Under the pieces are notes generated by a model. The model did no database searches, had not been told where the DNA came from, and was given only the letters and a program-made list of their open reading frames with translations. Positions 40,509-54,549 of a stretch of 64,000 bases of DNA are shown here, piece after piece (positions within the stretch are counted from its first letter, which is position 1; each line of letters starts with the position of its first letter). The DNA is taken from contig NC_058130.1 of NCBI RefSeq assembly GCF_016433145.1, positions 706,523,799 through 706,587,798 of the forward strand, written 5' to 3'. The stretch comes from Gracilinanus agilis (taxonomy: Eukaryota). Both the position numbers and the translations under genes were made by a program.

Positions 40509-40701
40509 CAGTGATTCCCAAAGTGGGCGCCACCACCCCCCGGGTGGGTGCTGCAGTGATCTAGGGGGGCGGTGATGGCCACAGGTGCATTTATCTTTCC
40601 TATTAATTGCTATTAAAATTTTTAAAAATTAATTTCCAGGGGGATAAGTAATATTTTTTCTGGAAAGGGGGTGGTAGGCCAAAAAAGTTTGGGAACCACT
40701 G
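40509..40701. mobile_element. hAT MITE (CAGTGATTCCCAAA / TTTGGGAACCACTG)
   Basis: TIRs with TSD TTTTAGAT / CTTTAGAT (7/8). Confidence 0.88.
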
Positions 40702-42064
40702 CTTTAGATCCTCTGAACCTTGAAATGGAACTAAGGTCTGTAGTACCTATCTTACAAGATGATCAATTGAAATAATATATATATCATGCTTTGAAGAATT
40801 TAAAGCACATCATCAGATATTATTATGTAAAACATCAGATACAATTATTGTTCCTCTTCCTTACCCTCTGCCCAGCTTTCCTGAGACCTGCCTACCTTAA
40901 TTGCCATCATTGGATATAAAACACCTCCATTTACTTCTGGTACCTCATATCTATCTGAATTCCTCTTTTTAGAAGCTATCGAAAACCCTGCCATCTGAAT
41001 ATGACACCTTCATTTTGTCTCCTCATGATGTCATCTCCTATGTCCCTACTATGTACCTGATACATAGTAAGTACTTAGTAAATGCTAATGGATTTTAATC
41101 TTCACTCAATCATTTCTATTTGTCTTCTTTCTCCTTTCACACCAAAGCCACCTGGTCCAGGTCTCCCATTACTTGATTTTCTAATTGATCTCCCTCCATC
41201 CTTTCTCCTTTTGAATCCATTCTCTACACAGCTTTCAAATTGATCTTCCTAAAACAGATATGTGATCCTGTCACTTCTCTGCTCCAGTGACTTCCTGTTA
41301 CCCCCCAAAAAATACAAATGTCTCTCTTTGTTATCACAGTCTGGCTTCAACCCAGCCTTCCAGGTTTATTGCAGATTACTTAGCTTTGTAGGCAGAGTTG
41401 CCTGTTGGTCAGTTCCTGTACCTGACATTCCATCTCTGTACCTTTGCATAGTCTTTCCTCCATAACTAGAATGCATTCATTCCTTTCTAGCTTCAGTATT
41501 ATAGAATTCATGCCTAGCTCCAGGGCTCAGTTCAGGTTCTGCTTCCTTTAGGAAGCTGATCCTCTCCAGTTGCTAAGGCCTCCCTCTGCTCATCCTCATA
41601 ATGTCATATCTGCCTTGTATATGTACTTCGTCTACTTTTCTGCATATATGTTCCCTCACCCTGATAAATTGCAAGCTTATTGAGGACAAAGGCTTCTTGC
41701 TTTTGTCTTTGTATCTCCAACACCTAGCATAGTTCTTGACAGCATAGGAAGCCCTTAATAAATGTCTGTTGAATTGTGTACCTAGAGATGAGAATTTCTC
41801 ATCCTAAAAAGCACACTATTTCTCTTCTGTGCCCTAACTTATCTTCCCTTCCTTCCTTTGTTCCCCAAGACTTTCCACTTGGAAGTATAGTCTTCAGAGG
41901 GCATGCAGCATTTAATTAAAGTCTTAGCAGACTTTCCCTGGGCCTGCCATTCATAGTCTCTCTCTAATCTGTTCTGTTAGAGATCCAAGGTCTGGGACTA
42001 AGCTAGGGGCATCTCAGTGTATATAAGACAAATTTCCAGACACCATTTCCTTCCCTATGAGCAG

Positions 42065-42169
42065 GATTTCCAGTGTCTAAACCTGATGTGATTTCCCAGC
42101 TGGAGCGAGGGGAAGAACCATGGGTTGTGCACACACAAGAGAAAGTGACCCTAAAAGAAGACTGTTCAG
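42065..42169 (+). CDS. KRAB-B exon
   Basis: GAGCAG|GA ... TCAG|GTGAGT, 105 nt, phase 1 to 1, translating [21 protein letters not shown]. Confidence 0.95.
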
Positions 42170-44121
42170 GTGAGTGTGTGAGAACCTTTCCTTCATTCAG
42201 TTATTGAACATACCTTTATTTATTGAGTATCTCTTACATGCTTAGCAGGATATTAGATATAACTGTTGAATCAGATTTACTATAACTAGGAGATACAGGT
42301 TGTGCCTTACAGGAGGTCACTCTGTTTGGGGAAGCAGAAGAGGGAAAAATGATTTCAGAGAACAGGTAAAGGCAGTGAGGGTATGAAGCTGTGCAGGGGC
42401 TGCCTATGTCCATAAGTGTTGAATAGGTGAAGAGTTAGAGTGATCAGAGCAAAGAAGGATCGTGCACGGTAGGCTCATTGGGGGACGTGATGTTGATTCA
42501 AATAGTCAAAGATTGTAGGATTTAAAGTAGGAGGGACCTTAGATGCTATCTTGCCTAACCTCTTCATTTTATAGGAGTTGAGGTTAGGTAAGAAGTTCAG
42601 TGCACTTATATATATATATATATGTCTTGTCCCTCAGGAGAATAAAAGCTCATTAGGGGGCAGAGACTGTTTAATTTTTATTTTTTGTACCCATGGGCCT
42701 AACCCATAGGATAGGAATAGGGCCTAAACCTGTGGCTTCACTGATACAGGGAACTTCTGAATGAGTGACTCCTTCCACCAATGCAGATAGACACCTTCTC
42801 TTCAACTTATAGTCTTGCCTATAGTGCTAAGAGGCAGGTGTTTAATAAATGTTGACTCAAACTGAATTATGTTATTTGCATCCTCCATGCCTTTCCCTGT
42901 GGGCTTCTCACTTTTAAGAGACCTACTTCCTTTGTTAGATTGCCACATCATGGCTCTGTTGCATTCTGGCATCTGATACTTCGAATGCACTGGCCTTGGA
43001 GGTGCTGCCTACTGTGTTTGACTCCAGGCTCTGAGATTTGCCAGATATGTAACCCTTAAATCACTTACTGATCCTTAGAGCCCTTCTCATCCTGGGTTTC
43101 CTCATCATGTAAAATGGGATAATTAATAATACCCCTTCAACCTATTTCATGAGGTTATTGTGAGGAAAAGACTATGTAAATCTTAAAGTGCTCAGTATAT
43201 ATGACCTGATAGGAATACTAGACGTCATAAGGTGGTGGTGTCAGACCATACCCTGGCTTCCAAGTGCTGGGTGGCTTTTTAAGGAATGACCGTCTAGATA
43301 ACCAGCATTGCCCTCAGTCAACTCTAGTGACCCTGAAGACCAGGCTGGAATTTTTGAGAGCTTTGTTTGAGAATCTTCACAGAAAACTTTGTCTGAAGCC
43401 TTACCCATTAAGGTTTATTGTACTATAAATTTAGATGTCCAAAAACACTTAGAGCACTGGTCTATCCTAACCCACTGCCTTTTTACTCTGAATTCTTGTC
43501 TCCACAAAAACACTTATGTGAGTTTGTTGGACAAGTAATTTAACCTCATTGGGCCTCAGTTTCCTAATCTTTAAAATAAAGGAGTTGGACTGGTTGTATC
43601 CTCAGGTCCCTTCCAGGTTTAGAGCCAAGATCCTGTGATAATCTTTTTATCCCTCACTTTTGGCATTTGACTTTGTATTTCTCACTAAAGACTGAGTACA
43701 ATAGAGTAAATTATATTCATATTTATTTTGCTCATTTTAAACTGTACATACTTGGCGAAATAATAACACTTAATCATATGCCCCACAGTTAACCTGAGAT
43801 ATGAATCTGCTCCTTAGAGGGGCAGGGAGAGGGGATGGTGGAGTGGCACCAGCACTAAATGAGAAAATAAAGGGCAGACTACCATGTAGGAGGTGGCATC
43901 TCAACAAGCCTTGGATTATGCCCAACCTGCTTCATGCACTAGTACAATTGACCTAACCTTAGAACTAATATTTAACTTGAAGTTATTGATCCACACCGCT
44001 ATTGAAGGGCACAGCAGGGGCTTAGGCCCTGGTCTTGTCTCTCTGACTCAACTCTTTGTCTTCACTGCTGCCTGTCTACCTCTAGCAATTTCTAGAAACT
44101 TATCTTATATAGTACTTTAGC

Positions 44122-44348
44122 CAGTCAGTTCTCAAAATTTTTGATTTTATGATCTTTTAACAATATGAAGAATTATTGAGGATCCTTTCCCCAAAATGAG
44201 CTTTTGTTTATATGGGTTATATCTGTATTTACTGAATTAGAAATTAAAATGTCTTAATGTAAATATGAAAATGTTTTGACCTTGTGGACCCCCTAAAAGG
44301 ATCTTAGAAACTCCCAGGAATCTCTGAACCAAATTTTGAGAACTATTG
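44122..44348. mobile_element. Old hAT-Charlie (MER33-like) non-autonomous element
   Basis: CAGTCAGTTCTCAAA ... TTTGAGAACTATTG ends. The internal GAGCTTTTGTTTATATGGGTTATATC also occurs near 27990-28030. No TSD. Confidence 0.5.
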
Positions 44349-45295
44349 CTATCTCTATATTCTGTCACATAGAGAACCCATCTCTGTACATTTTGTGTAC
44401 AAAATCTGTAGCTTGGATTTTCTTCTACTAAGTCTTGGAGGGACTGACTATACATGGCCTTTACTAATTTTCAATATTCCACTCCACCTCTTATATTTCA
44501 GCATTCTAATATTAGTATATTTTTATGAATTTAATTCTGCTACTTATTTGCCCAGTTTCCCATTAGTTAAACAAATTATATAGTCATCTACGTTATTTTC
44601 CTTGCTGCCCTGTGTAGTGTGTCTTATTTTGGGGAAATTTTGCCTCCTTCACACTGGTTTTTCCCTACTGACCTCCCAGTACTTAGGATTAACAAGTATT
44701 TATTAAACATAAAGCTTGAATCAACATAGTATAACATATAGAGAGCTGGCCTTGGGGGATCAGGAACATTCGAGTTCAAATCTTGTGTCTGGTACATACT
44801 GGCCATTGTAACCCTAAAAAAGTTACTGAACTTTTCATCTCTTCTAAACAACTTTCTAACATTATAATTCAGAGAAACTACTGATCTACATTGGCAGAGA
44901 GAGTTTTCTTATCCAAGAATTCTCTATATTACTGAAATCACAGCTCCATACTTATACTTTTCAAGAATATGTAGACATAATACTGTATTAAACAAGGTTT
45001 TAAGGAAGGGCATATGCAACATTCTTTTTTGTTCTGTTTTCTATTAAATACATTTTTAATGATGCCTTTTTTCAACATTACCATAATTCCATACAGCATC
45101 CCTATATAGGGCCACCCCATATTAACATAATTATATTTTAAGACTAAAAAAAAAAAAGAGAAAAAAATCAGTATAAATGATCAATATATTTTAAAAAGTC
45201 TGAAAATATATATAATGTATAACATTTATGTATCTCCCACTTTTGCAAGGAGGAGGGATAGGAGGTCTTCTCATATTGTTTTTAAGCTATGCAAT

Positions 45296-45487
45296 TTTTT
45301 TTAACCTTTAACCTTCTCTCTTAGAATTAATACTAATTCTAAGGCAGTAGAATGATGAGTGCTAGGCATTTAGGGTTAAGTGACTTGCCCAGGATCACAG
45401 AGCGAGGAAGTATCTGAGGCCAGATTTGAACCCATGTCCTCGCAACTCCAGGGCTAGCTCTCTATCTACTGTGCTACCTAGCTCCCC
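45296..45487 (-). mobile_element. SINE1_Mdo-like SINE inside old L1 fragments
   Basis: Matches the consensus of the other copies. Confidence 0.85.
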
Positions 45488-46256
45488 TTTATATAAATTT
45501 TTATAATTTTATATTATCCACTTTTTTAAAAATAATTTTAATTGATGTCTTTTTTTTAATATCACAGTTTCCTCCAATATCCTTCTCATACATTAATTTT
45601 CCAATAATTCTAGGAGCTTTTTGACTTATACTTCATAATCCATCTTGACTACAGTATTACCCATGTGTAAAAATTAGCTAACTTATCAATACATATCTTA
45701 ATATTATTCTTATGCATGTCAGATAAGTATACAATTATCCATCCCAGAGAATCATCTAATGTAACAAATAATAATTTTAAGACAAGAAAAGAAGAGGAAA
45801 AAATCAACATAACTGATAAATATATCAAAGTCTGAAAATATGTATGGCAAAGTTAGAAAATATGTTGTGGACCTCCCATCTCTATAAGAGAATGAGGCAA
45901 GAGTGTGTCTTTATACCTCTCCTTTCAAACCATGTTTGTTCTTTATAATTTTGCCACATTCGCTTTTTTTGGTGGTAGTTCTTTACATGTGCATTATTGC
46001 AGTCATTATGCATGTTGGTTTTTTTGTCTCTGCTTACATCAGTGCTTCAGTTTATGTAGATCTTTCCATGTTTTTCCATATTCATCACATTCATCATTTC
46101 TTATAGCATGAAATATTCCATTATATTTATGGAGCTATTTGTTTATCCATTCCCTAGTCAATAGACCTCTACTTTGTTTCTAATTCCTTATTGTCACAAA
46201 ATGTGCTTCTATAAATATTTTCATGTATATGGGAACTTCTTATTAATGGTCTAGGT

Positions 46257-46315
46257 CAGTGATGGGCAAACTATTCCCCATGGGCCAGATCCAGGCCCTA
46301 GTTTGCCCATCACTA
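46257..46315. mobile_element. 59-bp minimal hAT element (two 16-bp TIRs and 27 bp of subterminal sequence)
   Basis: CAGTGATGGGCAAACT / AGTTTGCCCATCACTA (15/16 inverted match). Confidence 0.85.
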
Positions 46316-46382
46316 CCTTAAGCAATTCCCTAATCACTACATCTGGATGTGGGGGCATAGTGATTAGGGTCTAGGTCTAGGA

Positions 46383-46586
46383 CAGTGATGGGCAAAGTAC
46401 AGCCCACGAGCCAGATGCAGCCCCCTGAAATGTTCTATACAGCCCCGAGACATGATTCCTAATCTGACAAATACAATGAGTAGGATACAATACAATGAAA
46501 CTTCAGAAGAGTTGCCTTAGAAACAGACTGACAGATGAACATTTCCTTTCCTTTGGCCCCCTCTTTAAAAAGTTTGCCCATCATTG
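46383..46586. mobile_element. hAT MITE, same family as 6874-7059, perfect 8-bp TSD
   Basis: TIRs CAGTGATGGGCAAA / TTTGCCCATCATTG. TSD GTCTAGGA at 46375-46382 and 46587-46594. Confidence 0.93.
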
Positions 46587-47122
46587 GTCTAGGATATAAG
46601 CCTAGTAATGGAAACTGGATTTAAGGTTATAGCATTTTAGTCACTTTATTTGCATGATTCCAAGTTGTTTTCCAAAATGTTTGTACTGGTTCATAGCTTT
46701 ACAATGATGCACTAGTAATGCAACTCTCTCTTAATGCTTGTTTTTTTATACCTTTAGCTCATTTCCTCTTCATTCTTTTTGTCCATGGTTCCCTAATTCT
46801 CAGTTCACCTCTCTAATGTTGCTATTCGTTGTTTGTTAATCTTTCAATTCTTCTGTTTCTCTCCTCACACTTTCCCTTTTCTTCCTTGGGCTCTTCTTGT
46901 TTTCTGGGCTCCCCCAACTTTGATGTCTATTATCATTTTCTTCATTTTCCTCCTCCTTTTCATCCTTTACTGAGACTGTGAGGCTGGCATTTAAAATCTT
47001 TTAAAACTATGTCCCCTAAGAGATATTTGTTTTATTAGGTTTGTCTTGTTCATCCCAGCAATTTCCTTGTTGCCAGGATAAAGAGCAGGTAATATATATG
47101 TGTTTTAAATTCCTTATTACAG

Positions 47123-48651
47123 ATTGTGTGGCCAGGCCTGAGAATAAGACGTTGTCTGAAAAGCAGAAAATTCCTGAAGCAATGAAATTACAATCAGCAA
47201 CTTTGGAAAGATTTACAGGGCATCTTCCCCAGAAATCCAAATGTAAAGAAGCTTGTGAACCTAAAGACAAGTCAAAGGAATATCTAACAGAGGGACTGAG
47301 AAAACTTCTTTCACAGAAAAAGGGTTTCAAGCCAATGACAATGATCCATCAGAAATCTCCCACAAGGGAGAGAAGTCAGGAATGTAATGAATTTGGGAAA
47401 AGCTTCAGAAAGGAATCAAACCCTATTGGGCATCAGAGAATTCCTTCTGGAAGGAAAATTCAGTCATGTGACAAAATGAGCCAAAGCTTCAAGCAGAATT
47501 CAGACCAAATGAAAGTCCAAGTGGAAAAGAAATTTTGTAAACCTAATGTATATCAGAAAGGTTTTAGGCAAAGTTCCACCCAATCTGGACATCATCAAAT
47601 TAATTATGGAGAGAAATCCTATGAGTGTAATGAATGTGGAAAAACCTTCCGTCAAAGCTCAGCCCTTAATCTTCATCACAGAATTCATACTGGTGAGAAA
47701 CCCTATGAGTGCAATGAATGTGGGCAAACGTTTAGCCAGCTTTCTAACCTTAGTACACATCAGAGAATTCACACTGGAGAGAAACCCTATGAGTGTACAG
47801 AATGTGGAAAAGCCTTCCGCCAACATTCAGTTTTTATTCGGCATCAGAGAATTCACACTGGTGAGAAACCCTATGAGTGTAATGAATGTGGAAAAGCCTT
47901 TACTACCTGCTCATCCCTTATTCTGCATTATAGAATCCATACTGGAGAGAAACCCTATGAATGTAATGAATGTGGCAAAGCTTTCAGTCAGAGCTCATCT
48001 CTTATCCTGCATCATAGAATTCATACTGGGGAGAAACCTTTTAAATGTAATGAATGCGGACAGACCTTTAGCCAATTGTCAACCCTTATTAAACATGAGA
48101 GAACACATAATGGAGAGAAACCCTATTTATGTAATGAATGTGGAAAATCTTTCCGTCAGGACTCTCAACTTCTGTTTCATCAGAGAACTCACAATGGTGA
48201 GAAACCCTTTCAGTGTAATGTATGTGGGAAAGATTTCAGTGCTCGTGCATCCCTTATTCAGCACCAGAGAATTCATACTGGAGAAAAGCCCTATGAGTGC
48301 AGTGAATGTGAGAAAGCCTTCCGTAGACGCTCAGAATTTATCCGGCATCAGAGGGTACATACTGGGGAAAAACCATATGTGTGTAATCAGTGTGAAAAAT
48401 CCTTCAGTGTACACTCTTGCTTTATCAGACACCAGAGAATTCACACTGGTGAGAAACCTTATAAATGTAATCAATGTGGGAAAGCCTTCCGTCAGAGCTC
48501 TCATCTTCTTACACATCAGAGAATTCATACTGGAGAGAAACCTTATGAGTGTAAAGAATGTAGGAAATCTTTTTGTCACAGAATATCCCTCATTCAACAT
48601 CAGAGAGTTCACATTGGAGAAAGACCCTGTGAAAAAATTATCACTTCATGA
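47123..48651 (+). CDS. KRAB-ZF gene terminal exon: spacer, ~3 degenerate fingers, 12 intact C2H2 fingers
   Basis: Acceptor TCCTTATTACAG|AT (phase 1), open to TGA at 48651. The spliced CDS from 38324 is 1797 nt (598 aa). Confidence 0.96.
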
Positions 48652-51600
48652 CTTATCCACAACTCAAGAAGCAACCTAATTTATGTCTTCTCTTAGGTAT
48701 GTGGGGTGGACTGTATCAATCACATGACTCAATTTCTGAGACATATACCATCCCTGAAATATAAAGGCTGAATCACTGTGCAAACCCTAATAGACTTAAC
48801 CATAAGTTTCTATACCATTATATAGGCAGAGCCTGATTTATATACCCCCACCATATAACTGATTGCAACTGAGGGACTTCAATGTTAGCTTTCTTAGGAA
48901 GCAACTGATGTCCAGAGCCCCACTGAAACTCTTGTCATTTGAAAATGACATAAAAGTTGGTGCCTGTGAGTCCTATTTTCCCACCAGGTGCCTTAGGAAT
49001 GCTTTTCTGCACTCTGTAGTTTGCACTCCAGAGTTGAGGTCTGGAGGATCTGGGTCTGAGACCACTGTAAGTGTAGCTAAATAGCCCTTCCCTCCTAAAG
49101 GCTTATTATAATTCACGAGTCCTCCCCATTTATGGTTAGGGGATTCCCACTCAGTAGCTCTTTGTATTTACTGATCTCCTTGGCAACTTTGAGTTGCTTT
49201 ATGTTCTAAGAATCCTGGGATTTCTGTCTTAATTATCCCTTATCTCTCCCAATGCCCAGTACAGAGTTCTGCACATGGGAAAGACAGGTACTAGACCTGT
49301 AATTTCATTGGTAGAGGGAACTGCTGGCAGGAATGTAGGTCAGTCCCCTTTCTGCAACTTAGTGTCTTATCTAGAACACATTGGTTTAGTAACTTGTAGT
49401 GGCACAGACACTATGTTAGAGGCAGAACTTGAGATGTTTCTGGCTCCCAGGTCAATTTTCCACCAATATGCCATTGCTGCTTCTGAACAGAATGGTATAG
49501 TGGGAAAAGCACTGGATTTGGAGTCAAAAGACCTAAGTTTCAATTCCTGATATGACTTGCAGGAGCAAATCACTTAACCTTTTGGAGTTTAAATGTCTAT
49601 AGATAATTGTAGACTAATATTTATGTTAAATAGTTCTTTTAAAATGCAAATACTGCTTGTAATTACTATGTGGTTCTTTAATAGGAATTCAATCAGGTGA
49701 CCTTCAGAAGCTCTAGGGAATTGGTTTCAATTCAAAAAGCATTTATGAAATCCCTATTGTATTCACAGAACACTGCTAAACTGGGAAACAGAAAATTTAG
49801 CTATGCCCAGTTTGCTGTTTCAAAGATTCTCTTCAATCTAGTGTGGTACATATAGTTACACATAAATGCATAATTAGTATGTATTAGTATGTGATGTCAG
49901 GGAATAGGGAAAGGTAGAGGGTTGAATTCAGCTAGTCGTGAGGGTGGGAGAGAACATTCTAGGAATGAAGTGTTCATGAGGAAAAGCTCTGGCAGGAGAG
50001 CAAAGATGCTATTAAGGAAGAAGGCAAGTTGTCCAATATGGAGAATAGAGAATATGGTTAGGAATAATGAGATAAAGCAGGGAAGTAGAAGTAACACAAG
50101 GAGGGTTTTAAATGCCAGGCAAAGAAATATAAAGTTGGAATGTGTAAGTCAGAAGCCATGGAAAGGTTTTGAGCAGTCATTTAACCATATGCCATGATTT
50201 CCTGTACCTCAGGAAAACTATTCTGGCTTCACTATAAAGCAGTGAGAGATATTAGAAGCTGGAAGACTATTAAGTCAATAAAGTGGTCCTGGAAACTGGT
50301 AGTGAGGACCCTTTGGGAATGGAGAAGAGGGATTGTATTATAGGACTAATAGCTGCCAGATTTTTTCCTTTCTCCTCTCTCCCCCCAACATGAGTTAGGC
50401 CCATGCCTCTTCTGAACCCCTAATAAGGGATTAGTTTTTCCTAAAAGCTCACAAAGCTGCCCCTGGGACCTCATTGGCTCCTTTCTTTTGTGACACGGCT
50501 TCTTGGTAGCCTCTGACACTAGTCATTTACTCTAGTGACTAGACCAGTGATGGGGAATCTATGACAGGTGCCAAAGATGGCACACAGAGCTGCTCTCCCC
50601 ACCCCACAGAGTTTGTTACTAGAAAGGCTTGGGAGGGACTCAGGCAGAGCTTGCTCCCCTCTTCCTCTCCACTGTGCCTGACAATATTTTTCCTATCCCC
50701 TGCCCCTCTGCCCAGCAGTCCACTGGGAGCACACAGTGGGTAAGGTGAGCAACTCACAATCAGCAGAGCTAGAAGGGAGTGGAGCACTCGGGCCACTCCC
50801 CTCCCTTTCTCTATACTCACTGAGGACATTCCTCACTTCACCTGTCTCTCTGTCTAACAGCCCAGTGGGAGTGCTTCTTCCTTTCCCTGTGTTGGGTAAA
50901 GGCTGGACAGGGTGTACCCAGCACTTGTGGAGGGAGGGAGGGGCACAGCACTAGGTCTCTAGGTGAACAGGCATAGTGCTTGGTCTGGGGGTGGGTTGGG
51001 GTGGGGTCTGGTCTCTAAAAGGTTCACCATTACTGGACTAGACTCAGAGGCTGTGCCCACCAGAACTGAAGCTAAGGGCTACTGTAAATTTGCTATTATC
51101 ATTTCTATACTATATCTAAGTTAACCCCTTTGGTTAATTGTTCAATGACCTAAAAGTACTTCATTCCAATATTGCACCTGAAATAACAGCATCAGTCCAA
51201 TTCCTATCAAGATTGATGCAAAAGAGGTGCAGATATGAACTAGACACTAATTACCTCTAGATTAGATATGAGACATAGGTGAGAAAAACTAACACTAAGG
51301 TTTCAAACATGCTAGAATGAGTAAACAATAGAGCTGTCACATACAGAAATAAAAAGTCAGAATGATAAGTAGGTTTAATAAAACCAGAGGTAATGTCAGA
51401 AGAGCCAAGCAGAAGCAATTGGAGACCTTCAAAAGTCTATTGCTTTCTTTTAATATCCTGATAATTGTGTTTTAATATAACCAGTTTATTTTGTAATAAT
51501 GCATATAAAACATTATTCTAAGTAAAAGTCCATAGGCTTCACCAGACTGACAAAGGGGTCCATGATACAAAAAAAGGTTAAGAACCCCTGATCCAGTTCA

Positions 51601-52995
51601 ACCCCTCCAATTTTACTGATAAGGAAACAAGCCCAGAAAGGTTAAAGGCCACACAAGCAGTATGTTGTAGAACTGGAATTCAAACTGACCCTCTGATTCC
51701 AGATCAAGAATGTTTTTCATTTTCTCTCACTCAGTAAACCATGCCAGTTGTTTCAAATTGAGAAGAGAGTTCAAGGCAGGATATTTGGAAGTCATCCGCA
51801 TAGAAAGGGTAGTTAAAGTTTTATAGCACTTTATTTTAAAATGTTTGTTTCAACACCAAATAAAACAGACATTTCCATATACATAGTAGAACAGTAAAAA
51901 TATTGTATGTGAAATTGCAAATTTGTTATGTAATAGCTTTAAAAATAAATAATAAATTAGGTATATAACTTTCACAGCTTTACAGTTTGTCTGTGATTCT
52001 TGCATTCCATCTTTTCATGAGAATATTTTAACTAGTAGTAGTGATCCTCTTCTTCCTTGCTTCTTTCTTTTTCTCCCTTTTTTCTTGCCTCCCTCCCTCC
52101 ATCCTTTCCTTTCTTCCATCCCTAATGCTCCACCCCTACCACAGAACCCTTGTAACAAATATACATAGTCAATAAACAAATCCCCACATTGACTATGTCT
52201 GAAAATGTGTATCTTGTTTTGTATCACTTTTGGGAAGTGAGAACATATTTCCTTATCAGTCTTCTGGAATTGCAATTGGTTATTACATTGATAAGAGTTC
52301 TTAAGGGTTTCAGTTATTTTTCTTTATGTTGTTATTGTATAAGTTGTTCTGGTTCTGTTCACTTCATTCTGTGCTAGTTCATACTTGTATTCCCTGGTTT
52401 CTCAGAAACCATCCCTTTCGTCATTTCTCATGGCACACTGGTATTTCATTCCATGTATAAATCACAATGTGTTTAGACATTCCCCAATTAATGGGCATAT
52501 CCTCACTGTCTAGATTTTTGCTATAGCAAAAAGACCTGCTAAGATATTTTTGTATATATAGGTCCTTTTCTAATTTCTTTGATCTCTTTAGGGAATAGAT
52601 GTAGTTGTGATATTGATGGTTCAAAAATGTGCACATTTTAGTGACTTTGGAGCATAATTCTAAATTATTTTTGCCAATGGCTAGACCAATTCAAAGCCCT
52701 ACCAATAGTGCATTAGTGTGCCTGTTTTCTTGTAGCCCTTCCAGCAATTGTTATTTTCCCATTTTTTGTCACCTGTGCCAGTTTGGTTGGAATGAAGTAG
52801 AATCTCAGAAACACTTTAATTTGTACTTCTCTAGCTATTAGTGATTTGTAGCTTTAAAAAAAGATTTTGTTGATAGCTTAGATTTCTTTCCTTGAGAACT
52901 TCATGTTTATTTTCCTTTGAACATTTATCTATGGCAATATAGCTCCTGTTCTTATATGTTTGAATCAATTATTTATATATTTTGGATACAAGATC

Positions 52996-53443
52996 TTTTT
53001 TTTTTTAAACCTTAACCTTCCATCTTGGAATATCAATACTCTGTCTTGGTTCCAAGGCAGAAGAGTGTTAAGGGCTAGGTAATAGGGGGTTAAGTGACTT
53101 GCCCAGGGCCACACAGCTAGGAAGTGTCTGAGGCCAGATTTGAACCAGGACCTTCCATCTGGGCTTGACTCTCAATCCACTGAGCCACCTAGCTTTCCCC
53201 TATAAGATCTTTTTTCAAAGAAACTTCCTGCAAGATGTTTCCTTCAAGGGAAGCTAGATGACTCAGTGGATTGTGAGCCAGGCCTAGAGAATGGAGATCC
53301 TCAGTTCAACTCTGCTCTGAGCCACATCTTAGCTGTTCGACCTTGGGTAAACCATCCCATTACCTAGCCCTTATTGCTCTTCTGCCTTGAAATCAATACA
53401 CAGTATGGGTTCTAAGATGGAAAGTAAGGGTTAAAAAAAAAAA
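52996..53443. mobile_element. Head-to-head pair of SINE1_Mdo-like SINEs (52996-53200 minus, ~53248-53443 plus)
   Basis: Two consensus-like copies about 45 bp apart in opposite orientation. The first has a TA(C/T)AAGATCTTTT TSD. Confidence 0.85.
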
Positions 53444-53945
53444 GCCTCCCTCCAGCTGTTTCACTTCAAATTTTAATTAGATTCATTTTGTTGGTACAAA
53501 ATCATTTTAGTTTTATTTGATCATCTTTATCCCTTGTTTTGAACTTCTGTCCATGTAAGTGGAAGGTAAGTTCTTCCTTTATTTTCCAATATGTTTGTGA
53601 TACTTCCATTTATATCTAAGTCATGAAGCTATTTGGATATTATCTTGGTTTGTGAGGTGAGATATACATCTCTACCTAAGTTCTGTTAGACTGCTTTCCA
53701 GTTTTCCTATCAGTTTTTGTTAAATAAATGAGTCCTTCTCTGTGGGGTCATTGAATTTATTGAACACCATTCTGCTACAGTCATTTGCTTTTATATGTGT
53801 GCTTTACTCATAAAGCACAGCACCTTTTTTGGTGTGGGCATACCATGCTAGACAGTCCTGTGCCGGTATCTCCTATGTCTCACAATGATGCCAAAATTCT
53901 TTAGAACTTTGTCCAGATAGATAGATTCCAAATATTCTATAGTTC

Positions 53946-54549
53946 AAATTGATTCCGTAATTAAAATAGACCCAAGTCAGGATCGGGTTTAAGGTAGTTT
54001 ATTTACAGTTATGAAGGTAAAAGGTAGGGAAATAAAGAGAGGGAAAGGCCAGTCCAGGCCTCCAGAGGCCTGGATGGAGAGAGAAGGTTAAAAGGCTAAT
54101 TAAATTAAATACACGCCACAAGGCCTTAGCAATCAGAGAAGCAAGAAGTCTACTTAAGGTAGAGTTTAGTAAAATGCCAAGGTAGGCCAAGGAAGTCAGC
54201 CTAACTTACCCACGTGACAATTCAGAGTGGAAGCAGTCTGAGGTCTCAGCCAAGAACCTTCAGCACCAAGTTCAAAGCAGGAACTGCCTCAACAGGAAGT
54301 CACCAACATACTTGAAAAGATAGTGCCTCACGTCACTTCCTGTGGGTCCACCTCTAATTCAAGTGGACAAATGGCAGCCTCTACACTGATTTGGACTGCC
54401 CAAAGGGCAGTCCCTTGTTCTTGATTTGTTACTTATTGTCACATGAGGGTAACTCATCTCCCCTCCCCACTAAGGGAGGTGGGGATGATATAATCTCGGG
54501 TAAGTAGAGTTTAGACTATGATTGAGCTAGAGCTAATTCCATTTACACA
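53946..54549 (-). mobile_element. ERV1-type LTR of the same family as 13751-15256, U5 end missing
   Basis: Collinear with the other copies; the minus strand starts TGTGTAAATGGAATTAG. Confidence 0.9.

Noticed and set aside
47041-47122. N-terminal extension of the 536-aa ORF
   Set aside because: It lies upstream of the phase-1 acceptor at 47122 and is intronic.
47546-48679. 377-aa ATG-initiated ORF overlapping the zinc-finger exon in another frame (also 18482-18949, 61448-61687)
   Set aside because: It is the periodic ILERNPM shadow of HTGEKPY codon usage, common in tandem C2H2 genes. There is no independent evidence of function; only Ribo-seq or proteomics could rescue it.
50985-51010. G-quadruplex-like run
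   Set aside because: An isolated G-rich stretch without functional context; expected by chance.
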